A DNA stretch of 60,634 bases, filler included, from Asterionella formosa (Eukaryota), in the NCBI GenBank assembly GCA_002256025.1. It is 6 parts of 6 records of this genome, joined end to end, with 100 filler letters (N's around TTAATTAATTAA, not from the genome) between each part and the next. Parts side by side here need not be neighbours in the genome. Positions count along the whole stretch, not along the records: positions 20,274 to 30,303 come from NKIB01009964.1; positions 30,404 to 40,418 come from NKIB01009965.1; 4 more parts are not named here. One strand, given 5' to 3'. The position numbers and the translations under genes were made by a program. Positions 25,541 to 37,860 of this stretch are shown one piece after another. Under the pieces are notes generated by a model. The model made no database searches, was not told where the DNA came from, and saw only the letters and a list, made by a program, of their open reading frames with translations. Each line of letters begins with the position of its first letter. Position 1 is the stretch's first letter.

Positions 25541-26095
25541 ACCAATAAAAGGTCAACCTTGATTTGCAAAATATCATCACCTTGATTGGAACTTACGACC
25601 TTGCTTGTATTGGGATTTGACATAGTACTACCACCAAAATCCAATACAGGGGCAACCTTGAATTGCAAAATATTGTATGATCCTTCTTTTATTGGAACTT
25701 ATCACCTTGTATTGGGACATGATGTAGTACCAAAGCGAAAACACAATACAGGGGCAACCTTGAATTGCAAAATGTCTCCATCCCATAAAGGGAAAGAGAC
25801 AAAGCCCAATACAGAGAATACTACCATGCTGTGTTGGATGATATATCCACAACAAATAAATCAAAACCTTGAATTCGAGTGAGACCCAGATTGTTTTCAT
25901 GGGACTTAACATACCAGCCTTTGCCAATACAAGGTGAACCTAGTATTGGAATGGTATTTCACCTTGTATTGGGAAACACATCAAATGACCAATACCTTTT
26001 ATTGGAAAACATTGTTTTGCCCAATACAAGGTATGCCTGGATTTGGAGGACGAAAACCGGTTGAAAATGTACCAATAATTGCCAATACATGGTAC
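25541..26095. repeat. ~100-bp tandem repeat array with direct and inverted CCAATACA(A/G)GG motifs (MITE/foldback-like)
   Basis: CAACCTTGAwTTGCAAAAT at 25554, 25653 and 25755. 15-bp inverted repeat CCAATACAAGGTGAA...TTCACCTTGTATTGG at ~25925-25972. Further CCAATACA motifs at ~25806, ~26021 and ~26082. Confidence 0.7.
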
Positions 26096-26513
26096 CTGGT
26101 ACTGGTGCTTTCGTTTCCTTTGCTGATGTTAAGCCGGGACTGCCTACCGGTAATATATCACATGCATTTGCCCTTTCATGATTGTGTCGAAGTCTTACAC
26201 TATGAAAATTTACTTGATTTGATTAACTCCATATTGACAAATAATCGTAATATTCGCACTCTTGTTGTATCCTCGAACGACTTCACAACCGGGTTTCATG
26301 TTCTTCGAGAGTCGTCTGCATCTCGTCCCGTTTCCCAGCAATCTTGATGGTGTTCGCAAAAGCGAAACCGGATCGCTTCTCATCTTCCAAATTTCGCATT
26401 TGTACCCGGTACTGGTACCAAGGTATTACCGGTATTTTACATAAGATCGCCCCTAAAAAGAAGAATCTTTCTCCCTCAATCGGATCATAAAATCAAGAAC
26501 AACTACCGGTAAT

Positions 26514-28417
26514 ATGATTCGAACCAGTTACACTTTTAGACGGGCCTTTGTTGCAGCTGCTCGCCATACTCAACTACAGTCGACGACAACAAACAAATTG
26601 TTGTTGCGTTCTTTGGTTGCTCATCAACAAGTCTGTGCTTATCATGGAACAACATCAATCCAGTCCACAGCTGTCGATCCAACGTTCACCGATCCTTCCC
26701 TGATCAAGTCCCAATTTCGAGAGCTGTTGGCGAAAGAACGAGAAGAGGCATTGATGGGAGGTGGGCAAAGGAGGATAGACAAGATTCACGCCCGAGGCTC
26801 GTTGACAGCCAGAGAGCGCATCGAACTGCTTTTCGACCAAGGGACTTTTCAAGAACTCGATCAGCTCAAGGCTCATCGATGCGCTGAGTTTGGCATGGAC
26901 GACGACAAAAATCACATCGCTGGTGATGGAATCGTCACAGGTCACGGTCTAATCAACGGACGGATTGTCTACGCATTCAGCCAGGACTTCACTGTTTTTG
27001 GTGGGTCACTCAGCGAGACTCACGCCCAGAAGATGATGAAAGTGATGAACATGGCAATGCGGGTGGGCGCTCCCGTAATAGGACTCAATGACTCAGGTGG
27101 TGCGAGAATTCAAGAAGGGGTTGACTCCCTAGGTGGATACGCTGATGTGTTCCAAGCCAACGTTGATGCATCGGGTGTCATCCCTCAAATCAGTGTTATC
27201 ATGGGACCATGCGCTGGAGGCGCCGTCTATTCCCCCGCCATGACTGACTTCATCTTCATGGTTGACAATACTTCATACATGTTTGTGACAGGACCAGATG
27301 TTGTCAAGACCGTCACCAATGAAGACGTCACAAAGGAAGACCTTGGGGGAGCTAGCGTCCACACCAAGAAGAGTGGAGTGGCTCATGACAGTTTCCCAAA
27401 CGATGTAGCCGCCCTGAGGGCTATGAGACGTCTATTGGACTTTCTTCCGAATTCCAACGACAAATCAACATTGCCTGTGAAAGATGCTACAGATCCAGCA
27501 GATCGCCTTGTCCCATCAGTTGAGAGACTCGTTCCTGACGACCCTAACTCACCATACGATATGATTGATGTGATTCGTGAAGTCGTTGATCATGGTGATA
27601 TTTTCGAGATCATGCCCAATTATGCCCAAAATATTGTTACAGCCTTTGCACGAATGGAAGGACACACTGTGGGTGTGGTTGGAAACAATCCTCTTGCTTT
27701 GGCTGGCTGTTTGGATATTGAAGCGTCCATGAAGGGTGCACGGTTTGTCCGTTTCTGTGATGCTTTCAATATTCCACTTGTTACATTTGTTGATGTTCCC
27801 GGCTTCCTTCCTGGTGTTGGGCAAGAACATGGTGGCATCATTCGGGAAGGGGCAAAATTACTCTTTGCTTATGCTGAAGCTAATGTACCAAAGGTTACGG
27901 TCATCACTCGAAAGGCTTATGGCGGTGCCTATGATGTTATGTCATCAAAACATCTTCGTGGTGACGCCAACTATGCTTGGCCTGGTGCTGAAGTGGCAGT
28001 TATGGGAGCGAAGGGCGCTGTAGAAATTCTATTTCATGGCGAGGTAAGAATGCTGTTGGCAATATCAATTGGAATGCGGAAAAACTTGTGATGAGTGTGA
28101 CCATTATTAATTGTTTCCTTAAGTACAAAGATGTGTCCACCAGCATGTTGTTTGCGATGCAGTGACTTTACTTTCTTGAAAACTTGATCTAACACTTTCA
28201 TTTCATTGTTTCTCATAAATCTACACAGGATTTGGAAAAGCATACTCTTGAATACACGTCCAGGTTTGCCAACCCAATGGTTTGTGCTCAGCGAGGATTT
28301 ATTGATGATATCATAGACCCAGGTCAAACACGTCGATACATCTGTAATGACCTCAAAGTGCTGAGAACAAAGAAATTGGACAATATTCCAAGAAAACATA
28401 ACAACATGCCACTTTAG
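26514..28417 (+). CDS. PCCB: Propionyl-CoA carboxylase beta chain, mitochondrial; exons 26514-28043 and 28229-28417
   Basis: Arg/Ser/Thr-rich presequence; [62 protein letters not shown]-terminus [12 protein letters not shown] intron 28044-28228 is in frame. Confidence 0.95.
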
Positions 28418-29187
28418 TCTCATTCACATAGTTGATACAACAATAGTTTTAGCTTCCCTGATTGCATTTATCATTTTTACTAAAACTTGATGTAAACAGG
28501 TAAAACTAGCTTAATGCTTAATTGTATTGGAACTGAACTGCATGCCTGTGAAATGCATTCAAATTCTGTTGACCCTAGATCTTCATACTTAGTCCTCAAG
28601 TAGACGAAACCTACTTCATTTTGAAAAATCAAAACAACATCAAACAAGCAAAGGGCCAACTTGTAACTCCTACTCCCTCAGGGCGAAAATAGTTTCAGTG
28701 ATTCTTAAAATTTCTCCAGGGCCATTTTGACTCCGACAGTTTTCTCCGGCGCCCGGCTCAATCGCCCTAATGTGCGAAATCACATGAGCTACATATCTAA
28801 GCATATTATATGTGTAGTAAAATTAAAAATTGGCAACTTTGTTTCAAAAAAACCTTTTTGGGCTTTTTCTATTTTCAATTATGGCCATCTTGAGCAAAAT
28901 GCAGATGCACGAGGAACTTACGTTCAATTATGATTCTGTATGATTCTGAGGCCTGGGGGGGGGGGGCATCTTCTTCCAAAAGAAAGTTTTGCTCTTTACT
29001 TTATCCCTCTAAAGGAATTCTTCAAGATTCCTGTTGATTGGACTCCAAATCATGGGGAGTAAGCAACCAGTGAAGGTTTGACTTCCTTTTTAGCAAGGTC
29101 TGCTACAATAGCCATCTTGCACTTGTTAAGGTTTGGATTTATTTCGCCTACCAGCCAGTACAGATACTATTGTGTACTAGTGGTTAT

Positions 29188-29260
29188 GAGGGAATGGCTT
29201 AGTAGTTAAGCATGTTTCCTTGTTTAATCTGAAGTTGTGTGGTTTGATTCACAATTTTTT
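29188..29260 (+). repeat. tRNA-derived (SINE-head-like) element, copy 3 (most decayed)
   Basis: GAGGGAATGGCTTAGTAGTTAAGCA...GAAGTTGTGTGGTTTGATTC followed by a T-run. The 5' 25 nt match copies 1 and 2. Confidence 0.5.
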
Positions 29261-29639
29261 AGAAGCAATTATTGGGTTGACTCCTACACTCCTTACTTTC
29301 TAAGGAGCAAACAAAACGGAGAATGAATATGCAAGGTTATGGAGTTGCTCTTTGTACGTTTCAAAATCCTACTGCTGTGTAGTTAAATAAAATCCAACTA
29401 TTGTTATTCAGCTTGTCAAAGAAACTATAAGTTCAATACATATAGAACCATTAACAACCAGTGCAAATATATATATATCATATATAAGGGGGAACGTCTT
29501 TTGATCCAATGCAGCCATGCAAAATGGCGCCGGAGACGAAACCCCCCTTATCATTACACCCTACTGTTAAAAAAGTTCATCCAGAAATATGCTAGCCAAC
29601 TCAATTGCTCCTTCCCCAGCTGCTAGCCTATCAGGTAAA

Positions 29640-30303
29640 ATTCCCGCCCGTTCCAGAGCCGCCTTCCCAATGTGAGGTATATTATAATTGTTGTCGCCAT
29701 GCAACCCGCCCTGTAATGTTAAGAAAGAACAATTTAATTTGGTTGGTTAAAAAAACGAATGCTGCCTGCACTGCCTCTATCAAACCGTCGATGTCATTGT
29801 GGGCTTCTTCCACAGAGTCCCATTGAACTGACTGTACTTCCCTAAAAAGATAGATCGTTGATATTCAAATCCGGACTGTTCGCTGGTTGCTTAGTCAATC
29901 GAATATTCCATTCTTCATCTGTTGCAGCTGCTACAAAGGGAGCAAAATCGGAACCAAAATGTGTTGAAGCAAGCATTGTCGTGCTGTGTAGATATATTTG
30001 TTTGTTTCCATCAGGCCACTTCGCTTTTATAATAGGTAAAACATTATTAACAATCATGTCAGCATATGACTGTTTTGTCACTGGGAGTGACTTGTCGATT
30101 GTCCCTGCTGCCGGTCGATAAATTGAACTTCTTTGCGCTGCTACTTGGTGCGGCACAAATGGCCAAATTCCAATTTTACCATCAAACGTACACACTTTTT
30201 CGTCGTCAAAACGCGGATGGTGTGTCACAGCAGAAAGGAACATGACCTTTTCGATATGCTCCTTATGTTTCGTCCGCCTTGTGGGAGCCTCTTCTCCATG
30301 AGC
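29640..30303 (-). mobile_element. Degenerate Tc1/mariner (plant-type DD39D-like) transposase, 3' part, truncated at the contig end
   Basis: MFLSAV..PRFD..FDGKIGIWPFV..AAQRSS.YRPAG..KAKWP..IRLTKQPANSPDLNINDLSF. Frameshifts and stops. Confidence 0.85.
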
Positions 30304-30403
30304 NNNNNNNNNNNNNNNNNNNNNNNNNNNNNNNNNNNNNNNNNNNNTTAATTAATTAANNNNNNNNNNNNNNNNNNNNNNNNNNNNNNNNNNNNNNNNN
30401 NNN
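30304..30403. other. Artificial contig-joining linker
   Basis: N44-TTAATTAATTAA-N44. Confidence 0.98.
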
Positions 30404-31128
30404 ACGAGCTAGCCAGTACATGTTGGCTTACCATGCTCTTGATTCTGGCTTATTTGAACCAGAACTGCAACAGCAGCGCTCCAAGCATGGCCCTGTCGAA
30501 ATCGACAACCTTATAAAGAAGATGAAGACACATCGATGTGCCTTGGACTTCGATTACAAGTTTGTAATGAATGTAGATGAATAAAGCGATCGCTGATGTT
30601 GTTATATGCTTGTCAACATTACGTAAACTCATGCATGAATATATTTATCCATAAAATATTCCCTATGCTAATTATCTATCATACTAGGGCTACGGTGGCT
30701 ACTATAAGTACTCTGAGCATGATTCCAGCCATAGGGACCAGTAGTCAAGAATTGCCTCAACTACCGGTATGTATACCAGCGGTGCTACATCTTCATACCT
30801 GGAAAGTATTTTATGTACATATATGAATGAACTGGGACTTTGCTTCTTCTCATTTTCCACTCCAGCACACAAAAACAGTTGTGTCTCTCTCCGCCCTCCT
30901 GTACATTTAGTTATTGAGAATCGGGCACTCTGAAAGACTTGTATTCCTACCACTGCGAAGAGACGATCTCCCACATTCAGAATCGTAGCTCGCACCAATC
31001 GTGTACGACTACGACGAGTGAGACACAACAAGTATATTTAAAACAAATATCGTGGTGCTGTCGAGTACCGGTATTTGTCGAGTCGAACCCCACAGACTTC
31101 AACAAGGGCAGCTTGAGGTGAACACGCC

Positions 31129-32871
31129 ATGAAAATCGAAGACGAAGATGCAGCGCTGGTTGATTCCTTCTTTTTGCCCGGAGGACTGCTGGATCCAGAG
31201 CACTATGAAGACGACAGCGGCGTGGTGAAAACAATGCCACAGTTTGTTGTATCGCCGCCGTTGCCAATTCAGATGACTTCCTTACCTAGCAATCCTTGGG
31301 CTTCGGATTCGAAACAGCAAGCAGCCAAATCTACTTTGATTAGGGCTCCCTTGGCAGGCATTGCTCCTCCGGCTCGCCCGATGCATGTGTCCGCGGCGGC
31401 ACTAATAGAGAACGTGGGATTCTGCGAACCTGCCGAAACTATAAATTCCGATTTCATCGAGTCGGTAATGCGCGCTAGAGTGGCGAGTGATCCGGAAGCT
31501 GCGGAATTCTTCACATTTCGACCTCCTCCAGGATTTGAAGTAAAGCCAGACCCCCCGAGCAATAGAATTGCACCTATTGGGCCCCGGATGGACGTACCGA
31601 TACACGAAAGAATAACTGCAGCAGCAGAGTCTTCTCCTGACGACGAAGGAGACATATCGCAGTACTCGATTCCAAAAGAGTTACAAGAAAACAATTCCAT
31701 GGCCTCGTCAGCTTCATCACTTTCCACGTCCACATGGGGGAAGAAGGATGACCCTTCCACTGTCACAGCGCAGACGGAAAAGGAATCAATCGACCCGGAA
31801 ACTACCGATTCACCAGAAAATGAAATAAATTGCTATTCAAAAGCAGCGAAACCAGGAAGACCGTCCTCGATACCAGTCATCGAGGACCGGTCACCAACAG
31901 AACGATCACCTAAGACATCCCAAACTAAACGAAACAGACGATCTCGGCCACACAAACGTCCTCCACATAAGGCAACGACACCAAATAAAGATTTGCTATG
32001 CGAAGAGGACACACCAACAATCAGAGCAGTATTAGAAGAGCCGATCGCAATCGACGAACCAGAATCAGAATCCGCAACGAAATCGCTGGAAGCCATATTT
32101 AGTGGTGTCACTGTCGTCTTTTGGTTGATTGGAACCCTCATTCGCGGTGTTCTATCTCTAATCGGCAGTTTATATAATTCTACTGCGTTGGCGAGAGCTG
32201 TCCTTGCTGATCTATCAATTGGCTTGGCTCGAACGGGCGGACGTTATATTGCTATGTGTTTGTCCATCGTTATTTTGCTGTACGGTGAAGCGATCATGAT
32301 GATAATGGAAGAATTCCCGGTGGTGATTTGCTACATGTTTTTGTATCTGTCACCCTTCCATTTAAAGATCATCTCGGACTTCATATGTGCACCACACTGG
32401 ATTCCTCAAATTTTGGGAACTGTGGGTATGTGGTATGAATGTATACCATTGGAAATCCACATGGAGAAAAAGTGTCCTCTCGAGACCTCAAATTCACTGA
32501 ACGATATAAAAACAGAATCAAAGAACCCTGAAACTACTCCGAAGACAGAAATGACCCCATTACAAGCGCAACAAATGAAGTTGATACTGTCGATCATGAC
32601 GCGATACCTATTAATTGGCTTGGTTTGGTGGGACGGATTTTCGACAGAGTATGGAGTACTACTAGGCCTTTCGACGTCGGGACGATTATTGGTGGCTTAT
32701 ACCTTTTCCATCCTGCGGCGCGGCCTCTCGTCCGTACTCTTGGTGTCCTGGGCTGTCCAATTTCTGGTGGCTTGTTGGTGCCCCCAATCCCTTCTTATGG
32801 ACCAGCTTTTGCTAGTCCTTGGATTGTCAAGCATTCGAATGAACCAACACCTACAGAATATCAAGCGGTAA
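31129..32871 (+). CDS. Hypothetical membrane protein (580 aa): P/S-rich disordered N-half, multi-pass C-half
   Basis: Long uninterrupted ORF with several hydrophobic helices after ~aa 320. No family recognised. Confidence 0.75.
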   Translation: MKIEDEDAALVDSFFLPGGLLDPEHYEDDSGVVKTMPQFVVSPPLPIQMTSLPSNPWASDSKQQAAKSTLIRAPLAGIAPPARPMHVSAAALIENVGFCEPAETINSDFIESVMRARVASDPEAAEFFTFRPPPGFEVKPDPPSNRIAPIGPRMDVPIHERITAAAESSPDDEGDISQYSIPKELQENNSMASSASSLSTSTWGKKDDPSTVTAQTEKESIDPETTDSPENEINCYSKAAKPGRPSSIPVIEDRSPTERSPKTSQTKRNRRSRPHKRPPHKATTPNKDLLCEEDTPTIRAVLEEPIAIDEPESESATKSLEAIFSGVTVVFWLIGTLIRGVLSLIGSLYNSTALARAVLADLSIGLARTGGRYIAMCLSIVILLYGEAIMMIMEEFPVVICYMFLYLSPFHLKIISDFICAPHWIPQILGTVGMWYECIPLEIHMEKKCPLETSNSLNDIKTESKNPETTPKTEMTPLQAQQMKLILSIMTRYLLIGLVWWDGFSTEYGVLLGLSTSGRLLVAYTFSILRRGLSSVLLVSWAVQFLVACWCPQSLLMDQLLLVLGLSSIRMNQHLQNIKR

Positions 32872-32918
32872 TAGAAGTATAGACAGTACATCTCTTCTCC
32901 GCTTACGTATCGTAGCCC

Positions 32919-33395
32919 TTAGAACGTGCTTTCCTCCATGTCTTGCACTTCCATTGCTAGTTCTTGCAGCATAACGAGCGATGCCTCCAGGTGAGCAGCG
33001 ACTTGCTTAGCCTTGTCCAGTCGTTTCGACAGAACTTGATCTTCAAGAAAAGAAATTCGCTGACCGCAAAATCTAATCGCTTCGTTAAGACCCAGTTCAG
33101 CGTAAAATCCCATGCCGACATGGACAAAGACTTGTTGCGCATTGTCAATAGTTGCCTTGCAATAAGCAATCTCGTGTCCCAAATCAACCATACTTTCCAA
33201 TGGTTTCAGTTGAGATCCATGACTCAAAAATATTCGCAACTTGTCCATTAATTCTTTGTACTCGGCGATCTCTGATTCCGTCTCTTCCCTCGCGTTGACG
33301 GCAATCAGGAGCTCCGGTTGGAGTGTCCTATCAACAAAATTAGCGTATTCTGCCAATTTTGTTCGAAGCGTCGTAATTTCCTCTGGATCTGACAT
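32919..33395 (-). CDS. UXT: Prefoldin alpha-like protein UXT
   Basis: KLAEYANFV..LQPEL, MVDLGHEIAYCKATI..VFVHVGMGFYAELGLNEA; 158 aa, helix-hairpins-helix layout. Confidence 0.85.
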   Translation of the reverse strand: MSDPEEITTLRTKLAEYANFVDRTLQPELLIAVNAREETESEIAEYKELMDKLRIFLSHGSQLKPLESMVDLGHEIAYCKATIDNAQQVFVHVGMGFYAELGLNEAIRFCGQRISFLEDQVLSKRLDKAKQVAAHLEASLVMLQELAMEVQDMEESTF

Positions 33396-33859
33396 TATGC
33401 GGACGGTGTGTTACGCAACAATAGCGATGGGGTAGTGATACACTGCAAGCTATGCAACGGAACCTGCTTGGGTCACAGACTACATACAGTATATAATAGA
33501 AGCAGGGTGATGCCGGTAGACCATTAAATTCTTCCTGCTGTGCGAGATGTCTGTTGGCTGTCTGCCTGATGAAGGTGATGTTGGGTGGTCCTTCAATTTT
33601 CGTAGCTAGCATACGTATGTATAATGCTGTAGGAATTTGCTATGCATCATGTGGCACAATCATGTACCAGTGCTCCGTATGTAGTGGTGTCGACGAGCAA
33701 CGGTATCAGAAGCAATATTCCAACATAGAATCAAGTATCACCAAATACAAATGTTGTCGTACCAGGTCCTCTGCAAGGTACCATGTACCAGGTACTACCG
33801 AGTACGAGGTATCATTCCTATGTACTGGTTTGTGTATAAGGTAGACCTATAATACCAAA

Positions 33860-35640
33860 TCAAATATGCATACCCCTGCTGACTGACGGCTTGTGAATTT
33901 TTGGACCACTTTTATGCAAAAATTGTATTCTTCCCTCCATCTCCTGCTCCAGTCCAACCATTTCTTCCAAGGGCGGAGGATTAGCCTGTGTGTGATATTG
34001 ACTCCAAGGGAGCCAACAACTGCAGAACCACATTCCCCTTTTATGAGGATGTTGCCTAGGAGGGAGGCAAGCATTAGTAAAGATCACCAGGGAGAGGAAA
34101 TCATTGCAGTAGAGCCATCAGATTTCAAAACAAAACCCAAAGTCATATCACCAAATCCACCAACCAAGCAACCCAGGACCCCACCAGCTAAACCCAGTCG
34201 ATCTTCCAGTCAAATCATTTGTGCACCTAATCGGCTGGGCTTTGATGGCAGTCATGGTAGCGGTTACATTGCACAAGACTTCCAATTTACTCACTTCTTC
34301 TTGGCCAATGATTTTCCAATCCCACATTTCAACAAGGCCTCTTCTGCTGACCCTGAAACCTTATTCTTGTTTGATGAAGCCATGGAGGATTTTGAAAGCA
34401 AGTCTCAATGGATTGAAGCAGCTGAGACGAAAAAACCCATTGAAACATAAGGGCAATTGGATTGAATTTGACATGACTGATGCACAAACAAAGGTTCTAC
34501 CTGGCTGGAACTTGGGAATTCCATCAAGAAAGAACACCCAATAGTAGCTACTGTATATAAATTTAAGGCGCAGCACTGTGTCCGAGGTGAACTACAAGAA
34601 GTAGATTTCAACACGTATTCACCTGTTTTTGCTTGTAGTACTGTGAAACTCTTCCTTGTCTTGTCACTAACTTTGGATTGGTATACATGCTCTGTTGAAT
34701 TCAGTAATGCCTTTGTGCAAGCAACACTTGATGAGCCAGTGTGCATTCACCTACCTTGTGGCTGGGTTCAATTCATCTTGCCCAGGTCGAACCTACCTTC
34801 GCCTTTGCCGCAGTATTTATGATCTTTCAATCTCCCCCAAGGTTTGGTATGATCACCACTTTGCATTCTTGACTACCAAGGATGGTTTCAAACAGAAACA
34901 TGTGGACAAGTGCCTACTCTATGAAAGACATGTTGTTGATGACATGGGAATTGCCACAAAAAATGCAAAAGAAGTCGATATGCTAATTGAAAGACTTTTA
35001 AAGGCAGGATTTGAATTAACTTCTTGTGAACAAGTTTCTCTGAATTCTTTGGTACAAAGTTTGTGAAGGATCCAGTGGAAAAACCATAACACTAGCTAAC
35101 TCAGCGTGTATTGATCAAGAAGATCATTGATGCAACCTGAATGAGCAACAACTGCAATCCAAAGTGGACCCCAGCTACTACGCACACAGCTTGCACTTGG
35201 AAGTGATCCTGGCTGATGGAGAAGAAATTTCAGAATCATGGAGCTAGTACGCATCTATTGTTGGAATGCTCCTTTATCTTGCCACCAAAACCCGTCCTGA
35301 TATTGCATTTGCAGTCAGCCAAGTTGCCTGATTCAATCACACACCAAAGCAAAACCATGATACAGAAATCAAGACCATTGTCCATTATCTCCATTGCGCA
35401 TCTGACAAAGGTACTATTATTTGTCCAACTGGAACTTGGCAGCTTGATTGCTATGTGGATGCTGTCTTTGCTGGGTTACATGGATGTGAATCTTCTTGAG
35501 ATCCAAAGAGCATGCGGTAAAGGAGAGGCTACATCATCATGCTTTGGAACTTTACTTCCATGTGGAGATCTCAGCGGCTGCAAACTGAAATTTCCTTGTC
35601 GACTCTTGAGGCAGAGTATTCTGCACTCAGCCACAGCATG
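33860..35640 (+). mobile_element. Degenerate Ty1/copia (CoDi-like) pol fragment, RT and RNase H
   Basis: DPETL..DEAM..WIEAA, KFKAQHCVRGELQ..TYSPV, SVEFSNAFVQATL, LRLCRSIYDL..SPKVWY, SIVGMLLYL..PDIAFAVSQ, DCYVDA.FAG, ISLSTLEAEYSALS. Many stops and frameshifts. Confidence 0.88.
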
Positions 35641-36548
35641 AGCAATCGTAAGTTGGTTCAAGGTTGGTAGCAGCAAGCAGGATACCACAACCACTTTCTG
35701 TTTAGGTTTAAATGATGATGGTTTGTTCATCATTACTTGTGTTGAGGTGGTCATTAAGGTGATATATTTGTCCAAGCATTTTAAATGATAATTATTTATT
35801 GAATCAAATGAGAGGGAGAGTTGAAAGTGATGTGTACTATGTGAATCCATACTGCATAGCACTCCTAGTACTGTGAGTACATGAATCTGCAAGTACTACC
35901 AATGCACATACAGCACCAGCAAATTGATGAATCTACTTGCACTTTAATGGAAGAATCATACTGAATCTACTTGCTTTTCATAGTAGGAAGATTCATGATG
36001 GATCTAACAGCACTTTCATGGCTTGTCTGGCAACTTTAAGCGAAAAGCTATGGGTTGTAGCAGGCTTGATAACTTCCAGTGGTAGTATCATACTTGCAAA
36101 ACAATGGAAGACAACAAATAAAAGCATAATTTAGCAAATCTATACTTTTGAAAAAGCTCTCTTTCCATTGTAAAGCCAGCTGCTACACCTAGCTTACCAA
36201 GTACCGGTATTGGCCGCAATTGCAGTACCTGGTACCAGGTACCGGTACCAGGTACTGTAATTGCCATCAGGCACTCTACCTACTGCCTGGCTAGCTTGGT
36301 GCACTGTCAGCTTCCTACATACACGTTGGGAGGGAATAACACGACTGCCTCTAAGTACAAATGTGTCAGATGTGCGTACCGGTAGTAGTATGATAAGGAC
36401 GTAAGTTCCTACGTAGATTTGCGAGGGCGGAGTGATGAGTTTTAGGGAACAAACACAGCATCCCTATTTCTTTAGTCGAGAATTCAATTAACGTTTATGA
36501 CTACTTAGTTTATATTCATTCATTTCCACTAACACCTCAGTTCAATTC

Positions 36549-37514
36549 TCAAGAAAGCAGTCGAAAACTTTGTTCTTGGTCATCGACCAAACTCAATTCC
36601 TCAACATCATGTGTGCCTTCACCTTCGGACGAAATGTCGACAAGACATTCTTCGCCTTGGACCTCCGAAATTCGATGAAACTTCGCTTCGGGTAGATGAA
36701 ATGGCAGACCAGCACTTTGAAGCTTGATTCGAAAATTCGATTTCCCAGGGGCATCTGCCACCGAAGCCTCATCTGTTACTTGAGAAGTTGATGCAGTGGA
36801 AGGACACCGGCTACTGTCGGAAAACAGATGTTCGACGCTATCTTGACGAACAAGAGACAATGCAGCCATGTTTTGACTCAAGTGGCTGTCATGATCGCAA
36901 TCACTGGAATCAAAGGAACGAATGGAGGGGTTCCTTTGCCAAAAGCCCTTCCGATCACCATCACTTGAGGTCATCGAATTGATCGAGCCCCGTCGTCCCC
37001 AACTCTGTCTTCTGTCTTCATGATGTCCTTGCATGGCTTTTCCTGATCCTGGAGCATGATTGAATTCTTTTTTATGAAACAGTTTCATTGATGAATCCAT
37101 CTCCCAGACGGAATTCTGAGTAGACTTGTCGTCTCGATATACGGATGTTGTTGCACCTCGGTTTCTGGATACTTCGGGCATGCTTGATGCCTTCATCATG
37201 CCGCTTGTCGCGGTTTGAACACTGTCTTTGATACTATCGAAAATGCATTTGTCTTTCTTGTTTGGCAGAGAGTGAGACGAGGATGAGTGGAGAAGGTCCT
37301 CCATAGATATATTCATTCCAAGTGACATCCGTTGTTCATTGAGAAAGGCTGCTGCAATTGTTTTGGTGCGATGATGGCTCGTCATCCCATGTTCACTCTG
37401 TGACAGCCGTTTCTTCAACGTTCGCCAGTTTTGATCATGTTGAGATTCTGGTTGTTCATTTTGCGATGACGAGCGACATGAAATTGGAGATTCCTCTCTT
37501 GGATGAGGGGGCAT
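36549..37514 (-). CDS. Hypothetical Ser-rich, probably disordered protein
   Basis: ORF of ~320 aa from the ATG at 37514 (MPPHPREE) with RRQSW and RRGS motifs. No domain recognised. Confidence 0.6.
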   Translation of the reverse strand: MPPHPREESPISCRSSSQNEQPESQHDQNWRTLKKRLSQSEHGMTSHHRTKTIAAAFLNEQRMSLGMNISMEDLLHSSSSHSLPNKKDKCIFDSIKDSVQTATSGMMKASSMPEVSRNRGATTSVYRDDKSTQNSVWEMDSSMKLFHKKEFNHAPGSGKAMQGHHEDRRQSWGRRGSINSMTSSDGDRKGFWQRNPSIRSFDSSDCDHDSHLSQNMAALSLVRQDSVEHLFSDSSRCPSTASTSQVTDEASVADAPGKSNFRIKLQSAGLPFHLPEAKFHRISEVQGEECLVDISSEGEGTHDVEELSLVDDQEQSFRLLS

Positions 37515-37529
37515 AGTCGGTGAGATACT

Positions 37530-37860
37530 CTGATCAATGATTTGCAATGTATAGAATCAAAATTCGAAGTTCCAAAAATTATACGACGCCACCAAATCAA
37601 CTGATCAATGATTTGCAATGTATCGGGTATATTGATCAAAATTCAAAGGACTAGAAATTATACGACCAAATCGACATGTACGAGAGGGAGTAGAAATGAC
37701 CCTTTTTCTTTTCACCTACATAGTAACCTGATGTGACATTGAATGTCCATTCCCTCGTAAAAAATAGCCTTCTCCGTCCGTAAAGCAGTCATTTAACTTG
37801 TAAAATCAGACCACAACCAACTACATAGTATTCCTGATGTGATATCGAATGTCCATTTGA
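37530..37860. repeat. Two local direct duplications upstream of the Ser-rich gene
   Basis: CTGATCAATGATTTGCAATGTAT at 37530 and 37601 (~71-bp period). CTACATAG..CCTGATGTGA.AT.GAATGTCCATT at ~37716 and ~37821. Confidence 0.7.

Noticed and set aside
25541..25800. CRISPR-like array
   Set aside because: The intervening sequences are themselves similar (a true tandem repeat), the context is eukaryotic, and there are no cas genes.
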